From the NCBI RefSeq assembly GCF_026571515.1, contig NW_026862394.1:1-64000 (forward strand): DNA of 64,000 bases, given 5' to 3'. Made by a program: the position numbers and the translations under genes. This stretch comes from Ruditapes philippinarum. Lineage: Eukaryota. The stretch's first letter is position 1; each line of letters opens with the position of its first letter. Of the stretch, positions 27,683 through 40,649 are shown piece after piece. The notes under the pieces were generated by a model. It was not told the DNA's origin and did no database searches. It saw only the letters and a program-made list of their open reading frames with translations.

Positions 27683-29288
27683 CTATTAAAATAACATGAA
27701 TCTTTTTCTTATAATAACGATCCAGTCATGAAGTGGCATCTTCAGAAATATTGACATTTATCACCCAAACATAATATTAAAAGCAATGTAAGTATTTATG
27801 TCAGCTGAAGCAGAGAAAGGCGTAAGACTGTATAATAAATAGCGTAATGTTCACACTGAAGTTCAAAATCATAATTGTGTTATATTTTGTTTAAAAGCCT
27901 CTGTATGTATTGAGGGAAAGTGAATAATGTAAAGTAGAAGATATAATACAGAAATAAACGATAAGAATACAATTGGATTTTATTCATTACTCGATTAATA
28001 CCTCGGCTCTCTGAAAAACCCCGCACGCTCATTGACTAAAAATCATTGAAATATTACCGGTAAACCTGTCTAGATAATAGCAAACAATATTTTTTGTATC
28101 TATTCATTGTAATGCGTGTCTTTTTCCGTCATAATCATTAGATGTCGCTGCCATTTCCGTATCAAAGTACGCGAAGTACGAAAAGACAAACATTCTAAAA
28201 GGTGCTTATTAGTAAACGTGGGGTAAATTAGAACGTAAAATTTTGCATCTGGTTTCCGGTGACAATATTGAATATCGTAATTGTATTCAGATTCTTTTAT
28301 TATAAAACATTTCATGAGATTTTAGTCAGGAAATGTATTCCGATATTAACTGCAAAATCCCGAAAGCTGCACTACGTAAAGTACTGAAATGCGAATATTT
28401 TGCAAAACCTAGCTTAACAAAATTGATACATTAATTGATCAATAGCATAATTGCACTAACGTTTAAAAATAAAACCATAGACACGGAATGTTATCTATGT
28501 AAAACGTTTTGTACCGTAATCTTTACGTGCTACGTTAATTATCTGATACAGAAGTTTCAAAGTGTAAATGTTTACCTTTTACCTTCCGAAAAAACAGTTT
28601 GTAAGCAGTCGCGACAAGATAAAAAAAGTGGTACATGCAATAAATTGCACTTTTATAATTACAATATTTGCTTCATGGTATACTTATTTATTTCCTCTCA
28701 TTTAAATTTGAAAACATTGTGCACATTTAGATATAAAAAATGAATTTGTATAGTAGCACAATTTTAAAATGCATACATGCATGAAAACATGAAACACAAA
28801 TTAAATGATAAGTGAGTATATTTAACATCAGCATGTAGCTAGTAGTGGTTGAAAACTATGTAAACTGAATTATTACACAGAAAAATAACTTTGAAAATAC
28901 AAAAAGTACACTGATTTTATATACGGGGATATGTTTTTAACGGCCGCCACAACACTATTTGTTATTTTTATCTTACATTTAAGCGTTTGCAACTTATAAT
29001 GTAGAGTATGCAATTAAGAGCCGTATTGATAAATGAAACAGGAAATAGAATGTCTAGTTGTTCGAATTTGTGATCATTAATCAAAACAAAAAATCGCAAC
29101 TTATTTAGGTTGCAGTTACTACCGCAACACATTACACGAGATAGGTATAATGTAGGTAAATCTAAGATGTTATATTATTTATGACCTATGGATATTTTTA
29201 TGTACATAGTGAGCCAGTTGTTTTCTTGTTAATGGTATTTCTAGATAATCTGTATTTGTAATAATTTATGGTAACAACAACAACAAAA

Positions 29289-31700
29289 ATGTGTTTTCAT
29301 AGATATTGGTAGATTATGTTAGAATTGATAGATTTAAGTGTATTTTGCCTCATAATATACAAGTCTAAAAACTTATATTATTTCAAGTAAAAAATACAAT
29401 ATGTCTCTTATATGTGTAGTACAGCTGAATGAAAATATCATGTTTTCTTGCAGATTTCATGCTTGCCAAATGATACAATTTTAATACTGTAACAATAAAA
29501 CGGTATGTCTAGGCTTTTAATAAGCGTAAATAGAAACAGGAATCAAAAATTCTTTTTTACAATTTGTAAAACCTGCAAACATCAGATATTATTTATCAAC
29601 TGTGCCTTTTATAAGTACTTGGCCAACGTGTCTTTGAGACGCAGTGATCAAAAGCATGTTTACAACTTTGAACTATATACAAACAGAGTAACAGAAGATA
29701 AGCTAGAATAAAACCATTGTGCTCATAGTTTTTACTTGCAAACTTAATTTAGATAAGGATAAAATGCAGAAAGTTTTTAGAATGAACACAATTTCTTATC
29801 TCAAAATAATCTTTTCAAATCGTTTTTAAGATTTGAGTGGTAGTGTTGTTTTTGTAATTTAACCCCCAGAACAAGGCAGTAAGTCACTTGAATTCACCAG
29901 AACACAGTTAAGCCACCGCGTCGTTCCTTAGCAAACTGTCGACCTGCACTTAATTCCTTCACATTCTAAATCAACCGCTGGTTACATAATATGTAATTTC
30001 CATAAATATTTTTGCTTAATATGATTCATCAATTGATTCTTATCAAACGAAACGATAAAAGTATTATATACTTCCATAATGAAACATTGTTGTCATGTAT
30101 TTGTTCTTGAACACCGAACGTTAAGATGGTTTTAGTGTAATTTTTCTATAAAGAAATTCTTTTTCATTTTTGAAGTTGTCCATTAGTACGATATGCACTA
30201 TAAATATCAAAGGACAAGACATAACAATACTGCCGTTTTGTAGTTGAAGAATTAACTAAGAATTAATTAAGTATATTAAATGCATTGGCGTTAAAAGATA
30301 AATGCTATCAATGAGAAAAAAAAATTGTAAAACCATTTGTACCGAGGGCTTAATTCACCAGACTAATTATCTGATAAAGCAAAGCTAAATAATATCAAAG
30401 AAATAAAATAATATCATACTGACGTAAGATGTTACCTACAAAACAATACATGTCTATGCAGTCGTCTCAAATGATAATTACTAATAGAGAATGAGGCATT
30501 ATTAGATTGTAATGAGGGAAAGAATTGTTATTATTCATTTTGTACTTTCACTATCATATTTCTTTTGATACTTGTAAATATATCCATAATCAATTGTCTG
30601 AATCTTTAATAAATTAATTATATTTTATCAAAGCTTTATTCATATGGTTTAATGTATGAACCTAATTGGTAATTACAAAAAATAAACACATGACATTTTG
30701 TACATACATACATATAATATAAAAACTACGTGCAGGTAAAGAACAAACGCGAATAACATTCATGGCAGCATATAGCATATACCTCAGTTATCCCTTCATT
30801 GCTAGCTTTTTGTTTTCATTTGTATCAGAACGATCTTTGGTATTTATGAACAGATTTTCAATTGATTCCTATGAACACTGAGATACTTATTGTTATTATA
30901 TGCAACGAATATCATTTACTTCGTAGAGAGCATTTACAGATTTGCAAATTAAGTAAAACATTACCGTCTGCGAGCAAATGTCAACAATGATAATGGTTAT
31001 TTACCCCCCTAAATTAATACAGTAACATATATCATACAATACTTAAATTTTCAACTATTTCATCATACATCCATCGGTCGAAATCCATCAAATATTATAT
31101 AAAATGATTATATGCTGATAATACTTGTTTCTTAAGGTAAGGATTGAACTCATCAAGTACCAAACAGAATCACATTTGTATCATTTTTATAGACTGTCTT
31201 ATAAATAAAATCTTACATACAACTTTAAAATATAATCTTATAAAACAGCAATGTTAAGTAGTTAACCTCATTTAGATTCATGTTGATAAATAAATCAGGA
31301 AATTGAAAGTCATGTTGTGAGAATTTGCGTCTATTTATCAGCGTACAAAGCAGTGTCTAGATGTAGATAATGTATAGGAACATAAAAAGGACCATAAGTT
31401 ACCACGATGATAATGCATAAAACACAATACCTAACAAGATGTATCGATACTTATTTTGTGTTTAAACAGAGTAGACAGGGACATTATCTTAATACATAAA
31501 TTCAAAGCCAATTATGGTCATTGGCGATCTCTTATCCATTAAGCAATAAAATATTATTCCTGTCAAATGTATTTGCTTGATATTCTTTTATATTAGATAG
31601 TAGATTGTGTGATGCTACTAAAACAATGTCTTATATATCAATGTGCTGTTACGTCATTTTAATCATAATGGCTACCCAAGGAATCAGATAAAATAATCAG
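29289..31700 (+). pseudogene. Decayed IgSF gene 'R' (spans the B/C boundary)
   Basis: Acceptor ttttcttgcag at 29453; LANVSLRRSDQKHVYN; degraded VI*PP linker ~29855-29868; LRWF (30121-30132); RTRHNNTAV (~30210-30237). Confidence 0.5.
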
Positions 31701-32255
31701 TGCAACTTTCTGTGAATGCTTATTGTACGTCTATTAGACTCAGCGAAATTTTGTTCTGATCTACATTATATTTGAAAGTGTGAAAACAAGTAATTATAAT
31801 AAAAGATACATATATTTCATACAACAGATTATTGGATGATAATAATAAATTGCATAGGGATATGTTTTAAAATACAATAAAATTAGCAAACAAATGTACA
31901 AAATAAAAAATGCAACTGAAACAACAGAGTATATGTTTACGAAAATAGTTTTGCGATTAGACCCAGCTTTCTTATTTAGTAGATAAAAATTTAAAAATAC
32001 AGTATTTGTCCCTTTTATTTGATCATTTATGAACGTAAGGTATGATGCACTTTAATACGTGCATGGGGAATTTACTGATAAGGCAGCAACGAAATATTTC
32101 ACGTTTTCAAAATGTACTCTTCTGAGAATTAAACTACTTGTTTCAAGTTAATTATACGTGTTCGGGTAATAAATCTATATGACATATGGATAATAAATTG
32201 ATATGACAATCGAGAAATGCGTTTTAAAATAATTTAATTTTTAAATTGAATTTAC

Positions 32256-32575
32256 TTTTTTGCTCACCTGAGCTAGCTCATGGTGAGTTTTTAGGATCGT
32301 TGAACATCCGTCGTCTGTCGTCCGTCCACACTTGTTCGTTAACACTTTAGCGGTCACATTTTTGCCTCATTTTAATCAAACTTTGTCTAAGTCAAGTTGG
32401 AATAGGGTTAAAAACTAGGTCACACTGCCCAAATATGGGTAATCCTTGTTAACACTAGTGGTCACATTATTGACTCACCCGTCATGAAACTTGGACAGAA
32501 TGCTTGTCTAGGTAATTGTTCGGATGAGCTCGATGGGTCAGGTGAGCGATCTAGGGCCATCTTGGCCCTCTTGTT
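32256..32575 (+). mobile_element. Helentron-associated non-autonomous element (HINE/DINE-1-like)
   Basis: Subterminal inverted repeats gctcacctga ... tcaggtgagc, (cgtc/tgtc)n core, 3' stem-loop agggcca-tct-tggccct, then cttgtt. Inserted in a T-run; empty site in copy A at ~1335-1360. Confidence 0.9.
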
Positions 32576-33399
32576 AATTGAACTTGTATTTAATTACCCA
32601 TTCAAAAACTGATACTTCTTGTGTAGAATACTGGTCACTGTACAACCAATATTTTGTCAACATGTATTTGGTTTGTTTACATTGCACATATTACTTATAA
32701 TATCATCTTTCACCTTGTAATATAAAAAAAAAATATTTCTCATCGTATGTGTGATAACATTGAAAGTATTTTTTAAAACAAAAATACCCATTTTATCATG
32801 CATTTCAATTGATATAAATGGTGATGCCTGTACAATCATTGAAATGTAAAAAGTTGTATTACTTTTGCATAAAGGATGACAATGTTGATTATAGCATAAT
32901 CTTCGCAATTTATAACTGAAATAAAATGTCCAAAATCATTTTTAGGGTAGTTTACTTTAATACAGCCTATATTACAGTCTGCATATTGACACGGTAATAA
33001 AGATAACCATTTTATGAGGAAATCTTTTGTAACATTATCTACCAGACAAAATCAAATCTGCAATATGAATATTATAAATGACCGAATGGCGTGCATAACA
33101 ATAATTTATTGGATCTTTATATCAGAATGTCTGTGGAAAATACAACAGATTTCTATTCCTAATTAAGGGATACATTTGAAAAATGCATCATGATAGTTCT
33201 ATCGAATGTACAATCTTTGCATTCAAACAATCTGAATCCATTTTTAATGGATAGAAGACAACTAGCTATTGGCAATGTTATATCATATATTTGGCTTGAT
33301 CATTTGAATATAAACTTAGCTATAAGTTTGACATTTTTTGTTTCATAAAACAAACAATGTATTGTTTTGTATATTAGTATATCTTTTTAACAAAAAAAA

Positions 33400-33708
33400 A
33401 TTGATTTCAGTTTTGCGTCGCACCAACACAGAATAGATCAAATAGCGAGACTCAATTAAACCGAGTCTGCAATTCTTATGTTATTTTGTTGTGATTAATG
33501 CTTCCGAGGGATCACTTTGTTTTTCCAGAATTTTTTTTTTCTAGCTTTCCTGGTGCGTCAGGCATTATTTCAGGGATAAAAGGACACGTGAGAGAAACAA
33601 ACGACATTCAAGCTAGTAAGAATCTCCCTGTCGGGATTCGAGCCCATAGCAGTGTGGGGGGAAGTAGTTTAAAGTCAAGGCACTTAATCAATCGGCTATG
33701 GACGCCCC
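33400..33708 (-). mobile_element. tRNA-derived SINE (same insertion as 266-515), with a nested fragment of the ~250 bp repeat at 33448-33535
   Basis: Reverse-complement head ggggcgtccatagccgattgattaag...gggctcgaatcc; tail ggtgcgacgcaaaac. Confidence 0.85.
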
Positions 33709-33936
33709 TATATTATTTGAAGCATTATGTAGCATTTGATCATTTAGAAAATTAAAATCTTCAACTTATAAAAAACATATCTCTTGTGTCTCTAATGTAC
33801 AAGTTATACGGACAGTTGTATGAACGTCACCATACTTGCGGCCTTGAATCTGAAATAAACATAGTCATATTGTATGTCTATGTTTGCGATGTATTATGTT
33901 AAGTGAAAGTCTAGCTAAATGAGATATCGACTTGAA

Positions 33937-34487
33937 CACGGGGGTGGAACCTCATATGAATCTCAAAAATGAGCATCGGTAAAAATGATATGTCAATTTC
34001 CGCTGCACCAGATGTGAAGCATAACATCAGATGTGACTGGAAAAATAGGCCGATCGCAGGGTAAATTTTCATCTTTTCAAACATTTATATAAAATTCAAT
34101 CCTTTTTTTAAGAAAATCGAAATGTGATTCTACCCTCATGACTCTCCTCTATATTACCCCTTGTTGTTTGGAATTTCTATGCAGTCTTCATCGAGATATT
34201 CTTTCCGTCGTGGGTTCTGGTGTGTACAAAACATGCAATATGAATGAAGAAAATGTCACTAAACGGACTCAAAAAACATAGACTTTACGAAATCTCACTA
34301 CAGGTCGATGCTAAACATTTTACACAAATCCTGTTTTATATATTTATTGAGATTTGGCTACATACAAGGGAATCGTTGCTGTTGAACATGTTGAATAAAA
34401 GTCCGCAAGTGTCGTGGCTATAGACGATCGAACTTATTGCCAGCGAAATCTCAATATTTGAATCCAATAAAGCATGCACGGTTGCCA
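33937..34487. mobile_element. Copy-C-specific insertion, probable DNA transposon fragment
   Basis: Absent from A and B. Followed by a duplicate of 33692-33772. No clean TIR or target duplication identified. Confidence 0.35.
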
Positions 34488-36218
34488 TTCGGCTATGGAC
34501 GCCCCTGTATTATTTGAAGCATAATGTTACATTTGATCGTTTAGAAAATAAATTAATATCTTCAACTTATACAATTAGGAACCTTGCATGCTACGCCACT
34601 CATGAAAATATTGCATCTCAGTGAAATATATTTCAATCTTACGTGCAAAACAATCACGTATCCTTTATGTCTTGATGCAACTATCTTTACTTTGAAATTC
34701 GTTTAATATATAACAATTTGTGTTTGTTGAGTACTTAAACGTATGTGATTATGATTTAAAAAAAAATGGTTTATTGTCTTAAATAATTTAAAAAAAAATG
34801 ACATTTATATCGACTCCAGATATACACTAATTCTAAGGGCATTACATTTTGTAAAATAATAGTAAATACCCTCTTGAATATAAACATGTTCTTAACGTTT
34901 ATTATCTTAAAGTTTTAAACTTAATTCGATTTATACCAGATGATTATAGGTCAGACAACATATTTGTATTTTAAACACAAATTTAGAAAGCTTGCTTTGA
35001 CCTGATCGGTAATTAAAAGTATACCATTTCTAGTAAATAAGATCAACATGTTTTGCAAAATTGAATGTCAATTCATATGCAATTAGATTTGTCTTAATTG
35101 ATTCTTTATATGTTTATATGACATTACTTGTAATTATTTGAAAAATAAGTTTAGCTTATTTTGCATCTTTTATACATGTCTATATCATTTCCACTATGTT
35201 TGCAAAATTACTTTGATTCGTGATGAAGTTGCTATTTTTTTTAACTTGAAGTTGCTGTGAAAAACTCCCCCCGTTGAAAATCTTACACATTTTTGTCAAC
35301 GTTAACAAACAGCACAGCTGCAAAATTAATCAATAAACCTGAACTGCATGAGCATGATTAGTTGTTTTTTTTTCCAAACTTTAAGTCACTGTTCAGCACC
35401 TGTATGCAAAAAGTTATCTAGAAAATTCAATTATACGTTTGCGTTTAACATTTAAGAAATAAAATCAACAACAAAAATACAGAACCTAAAACAAAACATT
35501 CTTAAAGATAAGCATCGTTAAGCAGCGTTTAATGCAATATGTAATATTGGTTTAGACATGTTTAATAAAGAACACGAGAAAACCAAAATATAAATGGTAA
35601 ACCTGTTACTTTGAAAGTTGTTTACTTTTTTCATACTTGATAAACTTAATATAGTTACGTATAAACGTGTAAATTAGTTTCGATAAAACAAATTTCTAGA
35701 ATAACAAAGCTTATGTCAAAGACAACATGTTTAATAGTGGTACACAAGACGCCGTCGAGCATTAGAGTCATGTGACATTGTGCCTACCTCAAAAGAGATA
35801 AGGCCGATATGTGTTCGGAGCCACCATAGAGCATGTGAGGGTGGACATAATTGGGACGACATGAATCAGGGGGCACAGGACATATTCTTACTATCGTCTC
35901 GGTCAACTTTTTTTTACTAAATACTGAAGCAGATAGCATTAATTGTAATAACACAGTGTAAAGATGTTCATTGTGATCTGGCTATCAAAGTCACGGAGCA
36001 GTACCAATATGACATAAGTTCAGATCTACTTATTTCTCATTATTCTTATTATTTCTTATTTAATATTAAGATCTGATATCTACCGTATATGTTTCGCCTC
36101 CATGATTCGGATTTACCGAGAAAGCTAGTTTTAGCCATGCAATCAAACCGGTTTTTACTGATAGGCATGAGACGAAGTATCAAAATTTCGAAGTCCGTTT
36201 AAGTAAAACAAATTGTTT

Positions 36219-36412
36219 TGCGGACGTTTCAAAATTGAAAATTGTACTATTCATGTTAAATGTTGAATTCTGTCTAAGGCGGTTCTAGTGGGCGTAGACA
36301 GAAGTTTGCACGTAACAGTACCGTCCATGAACAGGCCCAATCAAACAAGCCTGCAACGTTTTCAATTATGCCGTGTTTGGCTTTCTTAAGGTATTCTTAT
36401 TTTCTCTATTTT
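36219..36412 (+). repeat. ~365 bp structured interspersed repeat, partial copy 1
   Basis: gtaccgtccatgaacaggc.caatcaaac.agcctgcaac...ttctctatttt. Confidence 0.85.
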
Positions 36413-36658
36413 ATCCCACATCAGCGTTGTTTGTTCCGTGTGGAGACTGTAAAATGTCGTCCCGTACATTCAATCAGAGATGTTATATTTCCGATCCTTT
36501 CATATCGTTCAGCACGACATAATTGTTGTGTTTGTGGTAATTTAATTCTTTCTATTCGGCTTTTTTCTTGTTGGGTGGTTCCAGTATTCCTCACTTGAAT
36601 ATTGTTGTATCACCCTAAGGATATTTGGCCTTTGACGTCTTACATGTGATATGCAGGC

Positions 36659-37016
36659 TACATAACGTCTGATCCCCTTTCAAAGGTGGATTTTATTTCG
36701 TTCCGCCTGTTCTTTTCTCGTTTAGCATTTTTTACTTGGGTACCATATGCCTCTTTTCATTGAATGGCACTTACCTGTCACATTGAAGGTTCCATGATAA
36801 CCGCCCTTTGAATAAATCTGAGAATTTTTCAAAATTCAAAATTGTCCTAGTTCATGTTAAATGTTAAATTCTGCTTAAACCGGTTCTAGGGGGCGTGGAC
36901 GGTCGTTTGCACTTAACAGTACCATTCATGAACAGGCTAAATCAAACTGAGCCTGCAACATTTTCAATTATGCCGAGTTGGGCTTTCTTTAGGGATTCTT
37001 ATTTTCTCTATTTTTT
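36659..37016 (+). repeat. ~365 bp structured repeat, full copy 2
   Basis: Collinear with 55443-55804 and 62152-62531. Confidence 0.88.
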
Positions 37017-37818
37017 CACGAATATTAGAAAAGTTTAAAAACAAACTTTAAACGAATTCCTATATGTCCTTCTGAAAACTCGGGGAAAGCACGGTTATAG
37101 CACTCACATTTTATTTATATTTTGAATTTTCCAAGAATTTCGCGAGATCACGCGAAGTTTCTAAGTATTGTGGAGGACAACATTTTTTTATACTGCTCTT
37201 TTGCAGAGAAATAGGCAATTCTGTTTGCTATTTTATTATTAAATTATTGTTATGTTTTCAATAGATTGTAATGATTTTCCCCCTTTAATCAGTGTGTATA
37301 TTTAGTAATGCACAGGGTTTATTGGTGATGTAAAACGGGTTCACTCTTTTTTAAATTGTAGATTCCTAAGTTGTTTTTTTAACGGGCCTTAAAAAGAAAA
37401 AGAAGAAATCGAGAGAAAACAAGGGACTGAACTCAACTTTAAACAAAACAGAGTAACGCAAGACGACCTAAAAGGGAGTTGTAAGTGATAAACATGCTGT
37501 GATAGTCTTTACAAAATCAGAAAAAAATGCACAGCTAACTGCTGTAATTAGAGAATAGATGATTTAATTCAATTTGTCAATGATATGTCTGCAGGCAGTT
37601 AAAAAATGGTTTTATGTCAAGTAATCGTCACAACTTTTAATTTCATATTTAATGTAGTGCCCTAAAGAAGGAATCAACCTAAAGGCCTGAAACGGGGTAA
37701 AGTGAATGATCCCTCCACTAAACTTACAATAAATCATGTTGGAATCTTTCTTGAAAATAATTTTTAACTTATTAAAGCATCAACCGAATTTTCAGGAATA
37801 TTCTTTTACAATATGATA

Positions 37819-38421
37819 AACAAGATCAACAAGAAAAGCCAGCGTTCAATGAACGTAACCCCCACACGGTGCAGTAACAAGAACCAGCGGCAGGGAGACT
37901 AGGAGGTCCCCAAACTAAAACAGGACAGGGCACAAAATAGATAAATACAGAATCCCTAAAGAAAGCCCAACACGGCAAAATTGAAAATGTTGCAGGCTCG
38001 GTTTGATTGAGCCTGTTCATGGACGGTACTGGAAAGTGCAAATTACCGTCCATGCCCCCTAGCACCAGCTTAAGCAGAATTCAAAATTTAAACGTGAAAT
38101 AGTAAAATTTTGAATTTTGAAACATCCGCAGATGTGTCAGAGCTCGGCCCGTATAATCACGTAAATGCTAATTTAAAGGAAATATAATAATAAGAAATAT
38201 TTAAGTTACTGTACAGCATTTATCATATATTTTTTAGATCAAACATATGAATTCAAATATACATCTGATAAAATACGTTGATGTCTTGCCAATAGTAAAT
38301 TGTTCATGGTCACTGTAGTAAGGAAATGCAAAGAACAACGTTTTTGACAAATAGCATCAGTTTTTTCTCATTTGTTTTAAGTTGCTTTCATTGAACACCG
38401 CCTTTCCTTGTTGATTTTGTT
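37819..38421. mobile_element. MITE-like element with ~35 bp imperfect TIRs, containing partial copy 3 (37934-38137, reverse) of the ~365 bp repeat
   Basis: Left AACAAGATCAACAAGAAAAGCCAGCGTTCAATGAA; right end reverse-complements to AACAAAATCAACAAGGAAAGGCGGTGTTCAATGAA. Related ends at ~15839, 19229 and ~54965-54990. Confidence 0.65.
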
Positions 38422-38885
38422 TTTTTATTTTTTGAGTGCTCGAGGAGACGATTCTAGGTTACTTGCACCCGCGTATGGACCAAAAACAATACCATTTAAA
38501 ATTATGAATTTTGGCTTAAAGATCACATAAACATAGATTTTGAAAAAGTGGAACTTTTAAGACAATCGTGACTTAAAATTATTACTTTATCTAAGCAATC
38601 AAAGTGAGTATATACTGCAAACGGATTTATATGAAATAAACATGTAAAAAGATCTTTTACAAAGACTGGCGCTTCTCCAACACTTCTAAAAATCACTACA
38701 GTCGGAATGAATGCGTGCTATAATCGGAACTGACATAACTTGTCTACAACTAATCATATACTAAAGAAATGAGATACTTTTCTATATACCGCGATATAAC
38801 TGGTAAAGGTTTTGTTGTGTTTTTTGTTTGTGCCAAATGTATCAAAAACAGTCACCTTTTTTCCGTTTTTTTTTTACTTCAAAAC

Positions 38886-39440
38886 AGCACTTGCACATAA
38901 TCTCTCATAAACAGTCTCAATCAAACTGAGTCTGCAGTTTTCATTTTTATAAAATAATTGCTGTTTTCATTGCTTCCATTGACACCATTTTTCAGATAAT
39001 TATACTTCACGACAGCAGATGTCAAATACGGTGCATGTATAGCAGCTGTACACAATTGTCCGGCACTTAATTGTTTTAATATTTTTCTGGTCTTCGGAAT
39101 CATTGATTAAAGACTTAGTTTTGAATTTTTACCGCTTAAATCGGTGCTATAAAGCGCAAGAAATATTGCATTTTACATAATCTCTAATGAACAGACTCAA
39201 TCAAAGCAAGTCTGCAATTTTCATAGTATAATTATTTTTGTTTTTATTGCTTCTGAGGGATAACACCTTGTTCAGGTTTTTATACTTGATAAAAACAGGT
39301 GGTAAGTGCCGTGCTGGTGACATTTTTAAAAAAACAAATGTCATGTACTTCACTTCCGCGTTGTTAAATTTGCTTGTACATTGTTATCATCGATATTATA
39401 TGTTATCTTGTCATTCGAGATAATTTCACCAAGCACGTTA
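38886..39440 (+). repeat. Tandem dimer of the ~250-280 bp repeat; homolog of 16520-17005
   Basis: acataatctct.at.aacag.ctcaatcaaa...agtctgca occurs twice (~38896, ~39175). Confidence 0.78.
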
Positions 39441-39444
39441 GATA

Positions 39445-39625
39445 GGGGCGTCCTAAGCAAAGTGATTAAGGTCTTTGATTTCAAAACACTTGCCCTTTAC
39501 CGCTGTTGGCTCGAATCCCGCCGGAGACCTACAGAAAGTCATTGTCTCTACTCAATTAAAGCATGATAGGGCGACTGAGGCTTTCTTCCACTTTAAAACT
39601 GGAAAGTCACCATATGACCTTAAAC
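39445..39625 (+). mobile_element. tRNA-derived SINE at the position homologous to 17010-17198
   Basis: ggggcgtcc...gattaaggtctttgatttcaaaacacttgccc...ggctcgaatccc...ctggaaagtcaccatatgacct. Confidence 0.82.
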
Positions 39626-40649
39626 GTGATGACCTTAAAAATGTCTATATCAAAACGGAACCTCGTTAATGAAAGTTTCTTAACACAAAACAGACATTCA
39701 CATTATCCGGATAAATTCAGTTGACGTCATTTGGCTTAACAAGTTAAACGCATTCATTTGTTAATTCTTTATAGGGCTAAAATGATAATACATTCTCATT
39801 AGAACATATTATCTGATCGTATCAATACAGTAAATTCAAACAGTATGGTAAATCAGCAGTCTAAATTTTGCAATGGGTCGTAGAACTTATGATGAGTGTG
39901 TATCATACCTCTTATATAAACAAGGTTCTGTGAACGTCGTGTGTGCCATGTTGATCGTTTTCTCATATTTATGTACTCATATTTGATAATTTGTTTTTAA
40001 AATTAGTTTATCTTATTCTTGACAATTTGCGTATATACTCTCAGATATTGAAATTGATATTGGATGACTTAAATCGGAGAGTTGCAGAAGTTACACGAGG
40101 TTCAACGTTTAAATGATTTAAAAAAAAAAAACAATGCTTTTCATGTTTCTATCGCAGACCGCAACGCGCTTCATTCCCAGTAATGATCACAATGTATACG
40201 ATGGTGGATAGAAAGCCTATTAAAAGTACTATTTATGTGTCAAGTGTCCAAACAATGACTTGGTCCCAAAGGAATGGTTGCGTTGTTGATAGTTTAAGGC
40301 TTGTTTAAGTCGCGTGTGAACGCAGGAGTACTCTTTAAGGTTTCATGTCATTTAATACGCTCCTGAATGTTTTACTTTTTGAACAGCTAATAATATTTTT
40401 GTATCATAAAATAAAATAGCAAATTGAATAAACACAGACATAAGAGTGATGAAGTGATTTAGAACTATTATATGCTGTACCATTAGCTTAGATTTAAATG
40501 TATATGACTTGTTCCAAAATATGAAAGCAACGGTCTTTTACATGACTGTTTTTGAGCTTAATGAATTTTTTGCACTTCTTTAAATGAACAGTATGTCTTT
40601 TCTAGCAACTAAAGCAATCATTGAAGTTAAAACGAGTGCTTCAATACTT

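Larger units (their letters stand above)
8513..29980 (+). repeat. Segmental duplication copy B (~21.5 kb tandem unit)
   Basis: Direct collinear matches to C: 8515 aatatgattcatcaa / 30018; 12590 gtttgcaaaa.tactttgattcgtga / 35198; 18420-18530 / 41380-41485; 21930-21960 identical to 44550-44580; 24720-24790 / 47560-47640. Confidence 0.92.
32600..35634 (-). pseudogene. Decayed IgSF gene 'Q' copy C
   Basis: Exon 35610-35634 MKKVNNFQ+A|gtaaca and a 36-nt phase1-1 exon 35450-35485 (ttttgttttag|) join to give MKKVNNFQSSVFLLLILFLK. Then GDVHTTVRITC (~33800-33832) and FCLVDN (~33033-33050). Confidence 0.6.
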
